A DNA stretch of 64,000 nucleotides from Flavobacteriaceae bacterium (GCA_030726725.1 JANRDC010000006.1:4171-68170); one strand, 5' to 3'. Counted from the first letter of the stretch, positions 1-9,563 are shown. Translations and numbers: made by a program. The notes: a model not told the origin generated them from the sequence alone.

Positions 1-1
1 C

Positions 2-964
2 TTTATCATGCTCCGCATGCCGTTTACCTCGGATGAGGCCAAACAGCTCAACCAAGAAATCTTTGAAACCCTCTACTTTGCTGCATTGACCGCTTCTATG
101 GAGATGGCCAAGGAAAAAGGCAAATACTCCAGCTACGAGGGATCTCCCATTTCTGAGGGGATCTTCCAATACCAGATGTGGGGACTTAAAGACGAGGAGC
201 TTTCAGGACGTTGGGACTGGGCCAAGCTCCGCAAAGATGTGCTGAAGCACGGGGTGCGCAACTCTTTGTTGGTCGCTCCGATGCCAACAGCCTCTACCTC
301 ACAGATTTTGGGCAACAACGAGTGTTTCGAGCCCTACACTTCCAATATCTATACCCGTCGCGTGCTCTCTGGAGAGTTTATCGTGGTGAACAAACACCTC
401 TTGGAGGATTTGGTAGACCGCGGTTTGTGGGACGAGCAGATGAAGCAAGAGCTCATGAGGGCCAACGGATCTATCCAAGACATCGACGGCATTCCACAAG
501 ACCTCAAAGAATTGTACAAGACCGTATGGGAAATGAGTATGAAGGACATCATCGATATGGCCCGCCACCGCGGTTACTTTATCGACCAGAGTCAATCCCT
601 CAACTTGTTTATGGAGAACGCTAACTTCTCTAAATTGACCTCGATGCACTTCTACGCCTGGAAAAATGGCTTAAAAACAGGGATGTACTACTTGCGCACC
701 AAATCAGCCGTGGATGCGATTAAGTTCACCTTGGACAACACCAAGAAAAAAGAGGTGCCTGTCAGTGTAGCCGCAGAAGCTGAGGTGGAAGCCGCCACGC
801 CAAAACCTGCTCAGGCAGCTATGCCCGCACCCAAACCTGAAGCTTCTCAAGCCGCGCAGCAAACGGTGGATATAGAGCCCATGACCGCTGAGGAAATGAA
901 GGCTTTGATTGCCCGCGCTAAAGAAGGCCAAGGCGATGACGACTGTTTGATGTGTGGTTCCTAG
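2..964 (+). CDS. nrdA: ribonucleoside-diphosphate reductase alpha subunit, C-terminal part (5' end lies outside the window)
   Basis: The frame is open to the window edge (codons 2-7 precede the listed Met). The translation carries class I RNR alpha C-terminal sequence ([34 protein letters not shown]). It ends in the redox-shuttle Cys pair CLMCGS after an Ala/Pro/Glu-rich linker. Confidence 0.85.
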   Translation, partial: FIMLRMPFTSDEAKQLNQEIFETLYFAALTASMEMAKEKGKYSSYEGSPISEGIFQYQMWGLKDEELSGRWDWAKLRKDVLKHGVRNSLLVAPMPTASTSQILGNNECFEPYTSNIYTRRVLSGEFIVVNKHLLEDLVDRGLWDEQMKQELMRANGSIQDIDGIPQDLKELYKTVWEMSMKDIIDMARHRGYFIDQSQSLNLFMENANFSKLTSMHFYAWKNGLKTGMYYLRTKSAVDAIKFTLDNTKKKEVPVSVAAEAEVEAATPKPAQAAMPAPKPEASQAAQQTVDIEPMTAEEMKALIARAKEGQGDDDCLMCGS

Positions 965-989
965 TCAAGCAATGACTAAAGACAATAAA

Positions 990-1022
990 AAAACCCCCAA
1001 CCGATCGGCTGGGGGTTTTTTA
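990..1022. terminator. bidirectional intrinsic terminator between convergent nrdA and the GMC operon
   Basis: An A-run, then stem ACCCCCA / TGGGGGT (994-999 with 1010-1015), then a T-run at 1016-1021. Confidence 0.7.
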
Positions 1023-1042
1023 TTTGAAAAACAAACCAAAAA

Positions 1043-1636
1043 CTACAAGGAATATACTTTTCCTTGGGTGAGTTCCTGAAGGTTGCCACAGGCAATCCAC
1101 TGTCCAGGTACTGGATCATAAGCCAAGTGTTGCTCGCCAACCACTTCGCTGTTTTTGTAGGCCCAGATCGCTGTACCGCGGATTTCTGAAGCCCAAGCAG
1201 CGGCGTCAGCCATGCCTCCGGTCAAGGCGGCACGCGCTTCAGCGCTGATTTTTAGGGTAGCAGCCAAGACCACATCCACATCTGCCTCGGTGAGGTCAGC
1301 AGGACTGGATTTGCCACTGCTCGCCAGCACTTCGGCGATAAAGGCATCTAGTCCCTTAAGGGATTTAGGCTGGTCTTCAGCAGGTACCGTTTCAGCCAAT
1401 AATTTATCCACAAACTGGGGAATATTTACTTCTGAAGCCGAAGGGCTGTCTGTTTTTGGGAGCATGACATCCACTACTAACGTCAGCACGTGTGCTTGGT
1501 TAGCAGAGAGCAGTACTGGGGTCCAAGGCAGGGAAGCCTCAGAAGTACAGCTCTGTAAGATGCTCAACAAGGTAGGCGTGGCTACGGCATATCCGAAACC
1601 GAGTCCTAGGTTTTTGAGGGCGACTCTTCTATCCAT
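1043..1636 (-). CDS. gluconate 2-dehydrogenase subunit 3-like small subunit with twin-arginine (Tat) signal
   Basis: 197-aa ORF. The N-terminus MDRRVALKNLGLGFG... is a twin-arginine signal ending near LQSC. It lies directly downstream of a GMC flavoprotein gene with a 1-nt TAATG stop/start overlap at 1636. Confidence 0.7.
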   Translation of the reverse strand: MDRRVALKNLGLGFGYAVATPTLLSILQSCTSEASLPWTPVLLSANQAHVLTLVVDVMLPKTDSPSASEVNIPQFVDKLLAETVPAEDQPKSLKGLDAFIAEVLASSGKSSPADLTEADVDVVLAATLKISAEARAALTGGMADAAAWASEIRGTAIWAYKNSEVVGEQHLAYDPVPGQWIACGNLQELTQGKVYSL

Positions 1637-3354
1637 TACAATAATCCTTTTTTAAGTTGTTCTGCAGCAAAATTGGCTGCTCTTGCCGTAAAGGCCATAT
1701 AAGTCAATGATGGGTTCACACAAGCAGCCGAGGTCATAAAGGCACCATCGGTCACAAATACGTTGGGACATCCGTGTACTTGGTTGTTTTGGTTCACCAC
1801 AGAGGTTTTTGGATCCGCACCCATACGGGCAGTTCCCATTTCGTGAATTCCCAAACCAATACCGTGTTGGGCAGGGTTGTCGTAGCCTACAATGTCTTTA
1901 AATCCAGCAGCTTCCAACATTTCAACGGCAGCGGACTTCATGTCCTCGCGCATTTTCATTTCGTTGTCGCGGAATTTAGTTTCAAAGGTAAGGGTAGGTA
2001 GTCCCCACTGATCGAGGTTTTCGTAGTCAAGGGTAAATCGGTTGGCTGGATCTGGAAGAATTTCACCAAAGCCCATGATTCCAAAGGTCCAAGCCCCTGG
2101 TTGCATCACCGCTTCTTTGAGTTCTTTTCCGTAACCCGCTTCAGCGATCAAGCTGGACCAGTCACCGCGAGAGGCACCTCCTTGGTAACCGAAACCGCGC
2201 AAATAGCTGCGTTTCTCTTGTCCTTTGAGGTTGACAAAACGAGGGATATACACCCCGTTTGGTCTGCGGCCTTTAAAGTACTCGTCTAGGTGACCTTCTA
2301 CTTTTCCTGAAGCACCTACACCGAGTTGGTGGTCCATGATGTTGCGGCCCAATTGATCTGAATCGTTGCCCAAACCATTGGGGAAACGATCCGACTTGGA
2401 TTGCATCAAAATGGCTGCAGAGGCTATAGCTGAAGCGCACAAGAAGACCACTTTGGCCTTAAATTCAAAGGTTTCTTTGGTCAATTGATCCACGACCTTA
2501 ACTCCAGAAGCTTTGCCCGTAGCCGCATCGTAGATCACTTCAGCGACAATAGAGTCAACCCGCAAGGTGAGGTTGCCCGTTTTTGCTGCTGCAGGAAGTG
2601 TAGATGAGTTGCTGCTGAAGTATCCGCCAAACGGACATCCGCGCATACAGCGGTTGCGGTATTGGCACTGGGTTCTTCCGTCGAACTCTTTTTCAGAAGT
2701 AGTGATGTGGGCAGTACGTCCTGGGGTCACCACGCGACCTAAGGAAGCTACTGATTCTTTAAAGTGTTTTTCCACGCAGTTGAGGTCCATAGCAGGGAGG
2801 AATTTGCCATCGGGCAAAATATCCAGGCCGAGGTTTTCACCGCTGACGCCGATGAATTCTTCTACTTTGTCGTACCAGGGCGCGATGTCTTTATAGCGCA
2901 CTGGCCAATCCACCGCTACGCCGTCCTGGGCGTTGGCTTCAAAATCCATATCGCTCCAGCGATAGGACTGACGACCCCACATAATGGAGCGTCCACCTAC
3001 ATGGTATCCGCGCATCCAGTCAAATCGATACCCTTCCTTTTCGTTGTAGGGGTGATCGATGTCGTCGACAAAAAAGTGTCTGTGTGCAGGATCAGTGGTG
3101 TAACCAGTTCTGGCCTGCTTGAGTTGGCGAGAGCGCTCCTCAGGAGTGGCGCGCTGGCCATTGGGAAAGTCCCATGGATCCATGTTGGCAGTGTGGTAGT
3201 CCTCGATGTGCTTGATCATGCGTCCACGTTCCAAGACCAAAGTCTTTAGACCGTTTTCACACAATTCCTTGGCAGCCCATCCACCGCTAATTCCCGAACC
3301 AACAACAATCGCGTCGTAGGATTGTTGCTCTTCGTTGTAGAAAAACTTACTCAT
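1636..3354 (-). CDS. GMC-family FAD-dependent oxidoreductase (large subunit, no own signal peptide)
   Basis: 572-aa ORF with an N-terminal dinucleotide fold (YDAIVVGSGISGGWAAKEL) and a C-terminal HEMGTARMG...NPSLT region typical of GMC oxidoreductases. It is paired with a Tat-signal small subunit. Confidence 0.85.
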   Translation of the reverse strand: MSKFFYNEEQQSYDAIVVGSGISGGWAAKELCENGLKTLVLERGRMIKHIEDYHTANMDPWDFPNGQRATPEERSRQLKQARTGYTTDPAHRHFFVDDIDHPYNEKEGYRFDWMRGYHVGGRSIMWGRQSYRWSDMDFEANAQDGVAVDWPVRYKDIAPWYDKVEEFIGVSGENLGLDILPDGKFLPAMDLNCVEKHFKESVASLGRVVTPGRTAHITTSEKEFDGRTQCQYRNRCMRGCPFGGYFSSNSSTLPAAAKTGNLTLRVDSIVAEVIYDAATGKASGVKVVDQLTKETFEFKAKVVFLCASAIASAAILMQSKSDRFPNGLGNDSDQLGRNIMDHQLGVGASGKVEGHLDEYFKGRRPNGVYIPRFVNLKGQEKRSYLRGFGYQGGASRGDWSSLIAEAGYGKELKEAVMQPGAWTFGIMGFGEILPDPANRFTLDYENLDQWGLPTLTFETKFRDNEMKMREDMKSAAVEMLEAAGFKDIVGYDNPAQHGIGLGIHEMGTARMGADPKTSVVNQNNQVHGCPNVFVTDGAFMTSAACVNPSLTYMAFTARAANFAAEQLKKGLL

Positions 3355-3439
3355 TGATTGTGGTTTAAGGTGTTTTTAGTTTGTGTTGAGAAGGCTAAAT
3401 ATAAATAAATTTTTTACTTTAGGCTGGGTTATTTTGTGC

Positions 3440-3447
3440 CAAAATTA
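3440..3447 (-). promoter_or_regulatory. candidate Bacteroidota -7 box (TAATTTTG) for the GMC oxidoreductase operon
   Basis: The plus strand reads CAAAATTA, whose reverse complement matches TAnnTTTG. It lies 86 nt upstream of the ATG at 3354. Confidence 0.35.
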
Positions 3448-3509
3448 CCTCCCCTACCGATTGAATAGGACATATTTGTATCTTCAAACGGTCAAACTAA
3501 ACCAACGCT

Positions 3510-4529
3510 ATGAAAAAAAACGCATTATGGACACAGATCGCTAGACGCGCTTTGTGGGTCATGGCCGCACTCTTTGTTTTGGGTGCTTGCAAACCAAAAG
3601 ACACCGGAGCTGGGGATTCAGCTCAAGCTACCGCCCAAGATTCTATCCAACTCTCACTGGCCCAATGGTCGATGCACCGCATGATTTGGGAGCAGGGTGC
3701 TGACCCCTACAGTTTTGCAGAAAAAGCCCACGCTTGGGGTTTTCAAGGTTTGGAATATGTAAGCGCCTTATACTATAAAGAGTTAGAACCCCAGGGGTTC
3801 TCCGCTGAGGCCATGGCTGCCTTTGTGGAAAAATCCAATGCAGCAGCCCAGGCACACGGCATGAAAAATCTGTTGATCATGATCGACGGTCAAGGCAACT
3901 TGGCGGCAGAATCTGCTGATGAGCGAAAAGCTGCGGCAGAAAACCACCACAAGTGGGTAGATGCCGCTGCAGCTATGGGTTGTCATTCAATTCGGGTGAA
4001 TCTGGCTGGTTCAGAAGACCCCACTGTGTGGGTGCCAGCGGCAGCCGACGGATTAAAGCAACTAGCTACCTATGCCGCGACCAAAAACATCAATGTGATT
4101 GTAGAAAATCACGGAGGTTTGTCTTCCAACGCAGCCATGCTCGCTCAGGTGATGACCGAAGTAGGCATGGACAACTGTGGCACTTTGCCAGATTTCGGCA
4201 ATTTTTGCATCCGTCGCACTGACCCAGCAGATTGGGGATCGGGATGTGCCGAGTCCTATGACCGTTATCAAGGGGTTCAGGAAATGATGCCCTTTGCCAA
4301 GGCGGTCAGCGCAAAATCTCACGACTTTGACGCGCAAGGCAACGAGATCAACACCGATTACGCGCGCATGATGGGATTGGTCATCGACGCCGGTTATCGC
4401 GGTTTTGTCGGGGTGGAATACGAGGGAAGTACCCTGCCAGAAGAAGCTGGAATTTTAGCTACTAAAGCGCTTTTGGAAAAAGTGTTGGGCCGAACTTCTG
4501 CCGCAACCCATACTTCCGAGACTCATTGA
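3510..4529 (+). CDS. xylose-isomerase-like TIM-barrel protein (sugar phosphate isomerase/epimerase family), predicted lipoprotein
   Basis: 339-aa ORF with a signal peptide ending in the lipobox LGAC. The body resembles the AP-endonuclease-2/xylose-isomerase-like TIM-barrel family (IRVNLAG, VIVENHGG, VGVEYEG). Confidence 0.75.
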   Translation: MKKNALWTQIARRALWVMAALFVLGACKPKDTGAGDSAQATAQDSIQLSLAQWSMHRMIWEQGADPYSFAEKAHAWGFQGLEYVSALYYKELEPQGFSAEAMAAFVEKSNAAAQAHGMKNLLIMIDGQGNLAAESADERKAAAENHHKWVDAAAAMGCHSIRVNLAGSEDPTVWVPAAADGLKQLATYAATKNINVIVENHGGLSSNAAMLAQVMTEVGMDNCGTLPDFGNFCIRRTDPADWGSGCAESYDRYQGVQEMMPFAKAVSAKSHDFDAQGNEINTDYARMMGLVIDAGYRGFVGVEYEGSTLPEEAGILATKALLEKVLGRTSAATHTSETH

Positions 4530-4590
4530 TTCAACCACCTGAACGAACGATAAATCAACCAAGATCAACTAAAATCAACCAATATTACCT

Positions 4591-5817
4591 ATGAATACGA
4601 CCACTAAAATTCAATTGTCTGTCATGATGTTCCTCGAATTTTTTATTTGGGGGGGCTGGTTTGTCACATTAGGCACTTTTATGGGCAACAATTTAGGCGC
4701 CACCGGTGCTGAAACCGGGATGGCTTTTTCTACCCAATCCTGGGGGGCTATCATTGCGCCGTTCATCATCGGACTGATCGCTGACCGATATTTTAATGCG
4801 GAACGCATCTTGGGGGTACTTCACCTTTTTGGCGCTGTCATGATGTATCAAATGTATCAGTCCAGCGACTTCGCAACGTTTTATCCTTATGTATTGGGGT
4901 ATATGATCGCCTACATGCCTACTTTAGGTTTGGTGAACTCTATTTCCTTTAACCAGATGAAAGACCCCGCCAAAGAGTTTTCTGTGGTGCGTGTATTTGG
5001 TACCATTGGTTGGATCGCTGCTGGACTAGCGATCAGTTATTTATTTTTGTGGGATACCCCAGAAGCACTTCAAGCGGGCTTGTTGAAAAACACCTTTTTA
5101 ATGGTGGCCATCGCTTCAGCGGTATTGGGTATTTTTTCGTTTACCCTGCCTAAAAACCCACCAAAAGCCCAGGCACAGGGCCAAAGCATCAGCGCTATTT
5201 TGGGCTTAGACGCCTTGAAGCTGCTGGCCAACCGCAATTTCTTGATGTTCTTTGTCGCTTCGATTTTGATCTGTATTCCACTGGCTTTTTACTACCAGAA
5301 CGCCAACCCGTTTTTGGCGGAGATCGGCGTGGCCAATCCCACCGGCAAGATGACCATAGGCCAAATGTCCGAGGTGTTTTTTATGTTGTTGCTGCCATTT
5401 TTCTTTAAGCGATTTGGGTTTAAAACCACATTGATCGCAGGGATGGTGGCCTGGACGTTGCGCTACGTATTATTTGCCTTTGGGGATGCCGGAGCACAAT
5501 CGTATATGCTCATCTTGGGTATTGCACTCCACGGGATTTGCTATGACTTTTTCTTTGTTTCCGGACAGATTTACACCGATTCAAAAGCGGGAGATCAATA
5601 CAAGAGCGCTGCTCAAGGTTTGATTACCCTAGCGACGTACGGGGTAGGGATGTTGGCTGGTTTCTGGGTGGCTGGACAGATTACGGATGCCTATTTATTG
5701 GCCGACGGAACTCATGATTGGGCGCAGATTTGGTTGTTCCCCGCAGGATTTGCCTTGGCGGTGATGTTGTTGTTTGCCCTGTTCTTTAAAAATGAAAAAA
5801 TAGAATACAAGGCCTAA
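4591..5817 (+). CDS. MFS transporter of the nucleoside:H+ symporter (NupG/XapB-like) family
   Basis: 408-aa polytopic membrane ORF. The N-terminus KIQLSVMMFLEFFIWGGWFVTLG is characteristic of the NupG-like family. Confidence 0.75.
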   Translation: MNTTTKIQLSVMMFLEFFIWGGWFVTLGTFMGNNLGATGAETGMAFSTQSWGAIIAPFIIGLIADRYFNAERILGVLHLFGAVMMYQMYQSSDFATFYPYVLGYMIAYMPTLGLVNSISFNQMKDPAKEFSVVRVFGTIGWIAAGLAISYLFLWDTPEALQAGLLKNTFLMVAIASAVLGIFSFTLPKNPPKAQAQGQSISAILGLDALKLLANRNFLMFFVASILICIPLAFYYQNANPFLAEIGVANPTGKMTIGQMSEVFFMLLLPFFFKRFGFKTTLIAGMVAWTLRYVLFAFGDAGAQSYMLILGIALHGICYDFFFVSGQIYTDSKAGDQYKSAAQGLITLATYGVGMLAGFWVAGQITDAYLLADGTHDWAQIWLFPAGFALAVMLLFALFFKNEKIEYKA

Positions 5818-5837
5818 TCCTTGTTGAATCAATACGC

Positions 5838-6980
5838 ATGAAAAAAATACGCTTAGGAATTTTAGGTGGGGGTGGTGACTCCCTCATTGGGGTACTCCAT
5901 AGGGTGGCCTCATTTATCAATGACAATTATGAAATCACGGGAGCCGTGTTTAATCCTGTATGGGAAGAAAACATCGGATTTGCCGAAAAAATCGGCATAC
6001 CTACCAACCGCATCTACCCAGATTTTGACACGCTGATCGCAGAAGAGTTAAAACTCCCTGCCGATGAGCGCATTCAGGTTTGTTCCATATTGACGCCTAA
6101 CTTCTTGCATTTCCCCATGGCCAAAAAGCTGTTGGAAAACGGTTTTCACGTGATATGTGAAAAGCCGATGACCAACACCTATGAAGAAGCTAAGATTTTG
6201 GCAGACTTGGTCGCTGCAACAGGGCTTCATTTTGCCTTGACCCACACCTACACGGGTTATCCGTTGGTGCGTCAACTCCGCGAGATGGTCCACAGCGGGG
6301 CCATAGGCAAGGTGCAAAAAGTGGATGTACAGTACTATCAAGGCTGGATCAACCCGATCATCCACGACAAAGACAAGCGTTCTACCACTTGGCGACTTGA
6401 CCCCACCAAGGCAGGTATCAGTTGCTGTATGGGCGATATCGGAACCCATGCATTTAATATGGTGGAGTACACCACGGGATTGCGCGTCACTTCATTGCTG
6501 GCTGACCTAAATTATTTGTACGCTGACAATCAAATGGATATTGACGGCAACGTGCTTTTGCGCCTCCAAGGTGGGGTAAAAGGGGTGTTGCGCGCGAGTC
6601 AAATCGCTACCGGAGAAGAAAACGGATTAAAGATTTCAGTCTACGGGGATCAAGGCGGATTGACCTGGGAACAGGAAAATCCCAACCGATTGTTGGTCCG
6701 CTCTGATGACGGTGCTTTACAAGTATACACGCCAGGTCACTCCTATAACTCCGCCTTATCGCTCGGCGGCACCAAACTGCCTCCTGGACACCCAGAAGGC
6801 ATTTTTGATGCTATGGCCAATATTTATTTGGGCATGGCCAGAGCTATTCGCCAGCAAAACCCTCATGTGGCAGAGTTCCCTACCGTGATCGACGGGGTGC
6901 GCGGATTGAATTTTATTGAAAGTACCGTTGCCTCTCATCAAGGAGGTAATGTTTGGATTGACTTAGATCAACAATCATAG
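5838..6980 (+). CDS. Gfo/Idh/MocA-family NAD(P)-dependent oxidoreductase (cytoplasmic)
   Basis: 380-aa ORF with an N-terminal Rossmann fold (IRLGILGGGGDSLIG) and the EKP motif (VICEKPM). No signal peptide. Confidence 0.85.
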   Translation: MKKIRLGILGGGGDSLIGVLHRVASFINDNYEITGAVFNPVWEENIGFAEKIGIPTNRIYPDFDTLIAEELKLPADERIQVCSILTPNFLHFPMAKKLLENGFHVICEKPMTNTYEEAKILADLVAATGLHFALTHTYTGYPLVRQLREMVHSGAIGKVQKVDVQYYQGWINPIIHDKDKRSTTWRLDPTKAGISCCMGDIGTHAFNMVEYTTGLRVTSLLADLNYLYADNQMDIDGNVLLRLQGGVKGVLRASQIATGEENGLKISVYGDQGGLTWEQENPNRLLVRSDDGALQVYTPGHSYNSALSLGGTKLPPGHPEGIFDAMANIYLGMARAIRQQNPHVAEFPTVIDGVRGLNFIESTVASHQGGNVWIDLDQQS

Positions 6981-6982
6981 GC

Positions 6983-8035
6983 ATGAAAACAATCAAAGGA
7001 CCTGCGCTGTTTTTGGCGCAATTTGTCGACAGTAAAGCCCCGTTTAATTCATTGGACGGGATGTGTCAATGGGCGGCAGATTTGGGCTACAAAGGCATAC
7101 AAATACCTACTTGGGAGCGATTTTTGATCGACTTGGACTTAGCCGCTGAGAGTCAAGACTACTGCGATGAGCTCAAGGGCAGAATCGCTGGTTACGGATT
7201 GGAGATTACCGAGTTATCCACGCATCTGCAAGGCCAGTTGGTTGCGGTCAATCCGGCCTATGATTCCATGTTTGACGCATTTGCCCCAGACGCGGTGAAA
7301 AACAATCCCAAAGCGAGAACTGAGTGGGCGGTAGAAACCGTAAAAAAAGCAGCTACCGCAAGTAGACGTTTGGGTCTGAAGGCCCACGCTACTTTTTCTG
7401 GCGCCTTGCTTTGGCACACCATGCATCCTTGGCCACAGCGCCCCAAAGGATTAGTAGAACTCGGATTTAGCGAGCTGGCCAAAAGATGGATGCCCATTCT
7501 GAATCATTTTGATGCCGAAGGCGTGGATGTTTGTTACGAGATCCACCCCGGTGAAGACCTGCACGACGGGGATACCTTTGAGCGCTTTTTGGCGGCTACA
7601 GGCAACCACAAACGCGTGAATATACTCTACGACCCCAGTCACTTTGTGCTGCAACAGTTAGATTATATCACCTATATCGATCACTACCATTCTTTTATCA
7701 AGGCTTTTCACGTGAAGGACTCTGAGTTTAACCCCACTGGGAAAAAAGGGGCCTTTGGCGGATACAATGACTGGTCTGAGCGCGCTGGTCGCTACCGTTC
7801 ATTGGGTGACGGGCAGATCGATTTTAAAACTATTTTCTCCAAATTAACCCAGTACGGTTGTGATGTTTGGGCGGTATTGGAGTGGGAGTGCTGCATCAAG
7901 AGTCCTGAACAAGGGGCGCGCGAAGGTGCGCCGCTGATCAAAAGCCACATCATCGAAGCCACCCAAAAAGTATTTGACGATTTTGCAGGTGGAGCTACTG
8001 ATGAAGCCCAACTCAAACAAATTCTCGGTATATAA
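6983..8035 (+). CDS. xylose-isomerase-like TIM-barrel protein (sugar phosphate isomerase/epimerase family), cytoplasmic
   Basis: 350-aa ORF starting 2 nt after the preceding stop, with no signal peptide. The sequence (YEIHPGE, VLEWECC) resembles this TIM-barrel family. Confidence 0.75.
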   Translation: MKTIKGPALFLAQFVDSKAPFNSLDGMCQWAADLGYKGIQIPTWERFLIDLDLAAESQDYCDELKGRIAGYGLEITELSTHLQGQLVAVNPAYDSMFDAFAPDAVKNNPKARTEWAVETVKKAATASRRLGLKAHATFSGALLWHTMHPWPQRPKGLVELGFSELAKRWMPILNHFDAEGVDVCYEIHPGEDLHDGDTFERFLAATGNHKRVNILYDPSHFVLQQLDYITYIDHYHSFIKAFHVKDSEFNPTGKKGAFGGYNDWSERAGRYRSLGDGQIDFKTIFSKLTQYGCDVWAVLEWECCIKSPEQGAREGAPLIKSHIIEATQKVFDDFAGGATDEAQLKQILGI

Positions 8036-8059
8036 ATCAACTAAACCAACACAAACGAT

Positions 8060-8806
8060 ATGAAAAAAACATGGATATTGGCCTTAGCACTGATCGGATT
8101 GGTCGGCTGTAAGGATAAAGAAGCTCAGGCAAATGCTGAAGACATCACTTTTTTGGAATCAGCAGAACAAGATGCTTGGCAATCGCTTTTTGACGGCAGT
8201 ACATTCTCCGGCTGGCACGCGTATAACGGTGGAGCTGAGCTCAATGGATGGGTGATCGACGAGGGAGCCATGCATTTTGATCCCAACGCGCGCACCGAAA
8301 AGAAGTCAGCCAACATCGTCAGCGACCAGGAGTTCACCGATTTTGAGCTGAGCATTGATTGGAAGATCGCTCAAGCGGGTAACTCGGGAATCATGTGGTC
8401 CGTGGTCGAAGATGCCGCTTATGGCGAGCCTTACCTCACCGGTCCAGAAATTCAGGTCTTGGACGATGCAGAACACCCTGATTCTTTTGTGGGAGATGGC
8501 AAGCACAAAGCAGGTGCTCTATACGACATGATCGCTCCAGCAGTAGCTGCAGTAAAACCCTTTGGGGAGTGGAACACCTGCGTGATTCATATCGACCACA
8601 AAGAAAACCTAGGCTGGGTGACCTTAAACGGCACAGAAACCGCTCGTTTTCCTGTGCAAGGACCTGAGTGGGATGCCATGGTTGCCGGATCTAAGTTTGC
8701 AGATTGGGGCGGTTTTGGCGCTTCAGCTACAGGTAGAATAGCCTTGCAAGACCACGGGGACAAAGTGTGGTACAAAAACATCAAAATCAAAAAACTCCAT
8801 GAGTAG
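8060..8806 (+). CDS. DUF1080 (3-keto-disaccharide hydrolase fold) lipoprotein
   Basis: 248-aa ORF with lipoprotein signal LIGLVGC. Family-typical motifs are present: WQSLFDGSTFSGW, FELSIDWKIAQAGNSGI, and a C-terminal RIALQDHGDKVWYKNIKIKKL. Confidence 0.8.
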   Translation: MKKTWILALALIGLVGCKDKEAQANAEDITFLESAEQDAWQSLFDGSTFSGWHAYNGGAELNGWVIDEGAMHFDPNARTEKKSANIVSDQEFTDFELSIDWKIAQAGNSGIMWSVVEDAAYGEPYLTGPEIQVLDDAEHPDSFVGDGKHKAGALYDMIAPAVAAVKPFGEWNTCVIHIDHKENLGWVTLNGTETARFPVQGPEWDAMVAGSKFADWGGFGASATGRIALQDHGDKVWYKNIKIKKLHE

Positions 8807-9539
8807 TTTTTGGAAACAACGCCCACTTCGGTGGGCGTTTTACTTGACCCTGTTCGGGTTGGTCAGCTGCGCCACTTCCGAAAGCGATCCGTGGACTCCG
8901 CTTTTTAATGGAACAGATCTCGCAGGATGGAAGGTGTATCAGGGTCCCCGGGAGGCCAATGCTCCAGGAGACTACAACGGATGGATGGTGATGGACAGCG
9001 TACTGGTATTTGATCCCGCGCGTCGAACTACCCCTGCACCAGCCTCCATCATCACCGAAAAAGTCTATACCAATTTCGAGCTCTCTCTGGAGTGGATGGT
9101 CAATCCTCAGACCAATTCTGGGGTGCTTTTTGGCATCCAGGACCAACCTGAGTTTGAACAATTATACCATACTGGTGTTGAGATTCAGGTGTTGGATGAC
9201 GAATGGACCGACTATATTGAAGAGCGCGGAGACCTTAATCGCGCAGCGTCTTTATACAACTTGATGCCGCCCAGCGCCTTGGTCGCTCAACCTACAGGAG
9301 CCTGGAATCACTATTTATTACACGTGGACCATAAGTTAAACGAAGGGTTTTTGGTGTTTAATGGAGTGGAAGTGCTCAGATTTCCCGTTCATGGACCTGA
9401 GTGGGAAGCCATGGTGGCGGCCTCAGGATTTGCCAACTGGCCAGGATTTGGTCGTTTTCAGACCGGACATATCGGATTGCAAGAACACGGAGGAATGGTC
9501 GCGTACAGACGCATCAAAATCAAGGAATTACCTGAGTAA
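8799..9539 (+). CDS. DUF1080 (3-keto-disaccharide hydrolase fold) lipoprotein, tandem paralogue
   Basis: 246-aa ORF with signal LFGLVSC. It has the same motif set as the upstream gene (WTPLFNGTDLAGW, FELSLEWMVNPQTNSGV, HIGLQEHGGMVAYRRIKIKEL). Its ATG overlaps the upstream stop (ATGAGTAG). Confidence 0.8.
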   Translation: MSSFWKQRPLRWAFYLTLFGLVSCATSESDPWTPLFNGTDLAGWKVYQGPREANAPGDYNGWMVMDSVLVFDPARRTTPAPASIITEKVYTNFELSLEWMVNPQTNSGVLFGIQDQPEFEQLYHTGVEIQVLDDEWTDYIEERGDLNRAASLYNLMPPSALVAQPTGAWNHYLLHVDHKLNEGFLVFNGVEVLRFPVHGPEWEAMVAASGFANWPGFGRFQTGHIGLQEHGGMVAYRRIKIKELPE

Positions 9540-9563
9540 TTAACAGGTTGTCGACTTGTTTAT

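Noticed and set aside
3478-3490. CATATTTG upstream of the lipoprotein TIM-barrel gene, considered as a -7 box.
   Set aside because: It starts with CA rather than TA, so it is only a near match to TAnnTTTG. I did not list it as a feature.
4591-5817. Reading the NupG-like permease as evidence that the 1-9.5 kb cluster is a nucleoside catabolic locus.
   Set aside because: No nucleoside hydrolase, phosphorylase or deaminase is present. The flanking enzymes are sugar oxidoreductase, TIM-barrel and DUF1080 types. Family membership alone does not fix the substrate.
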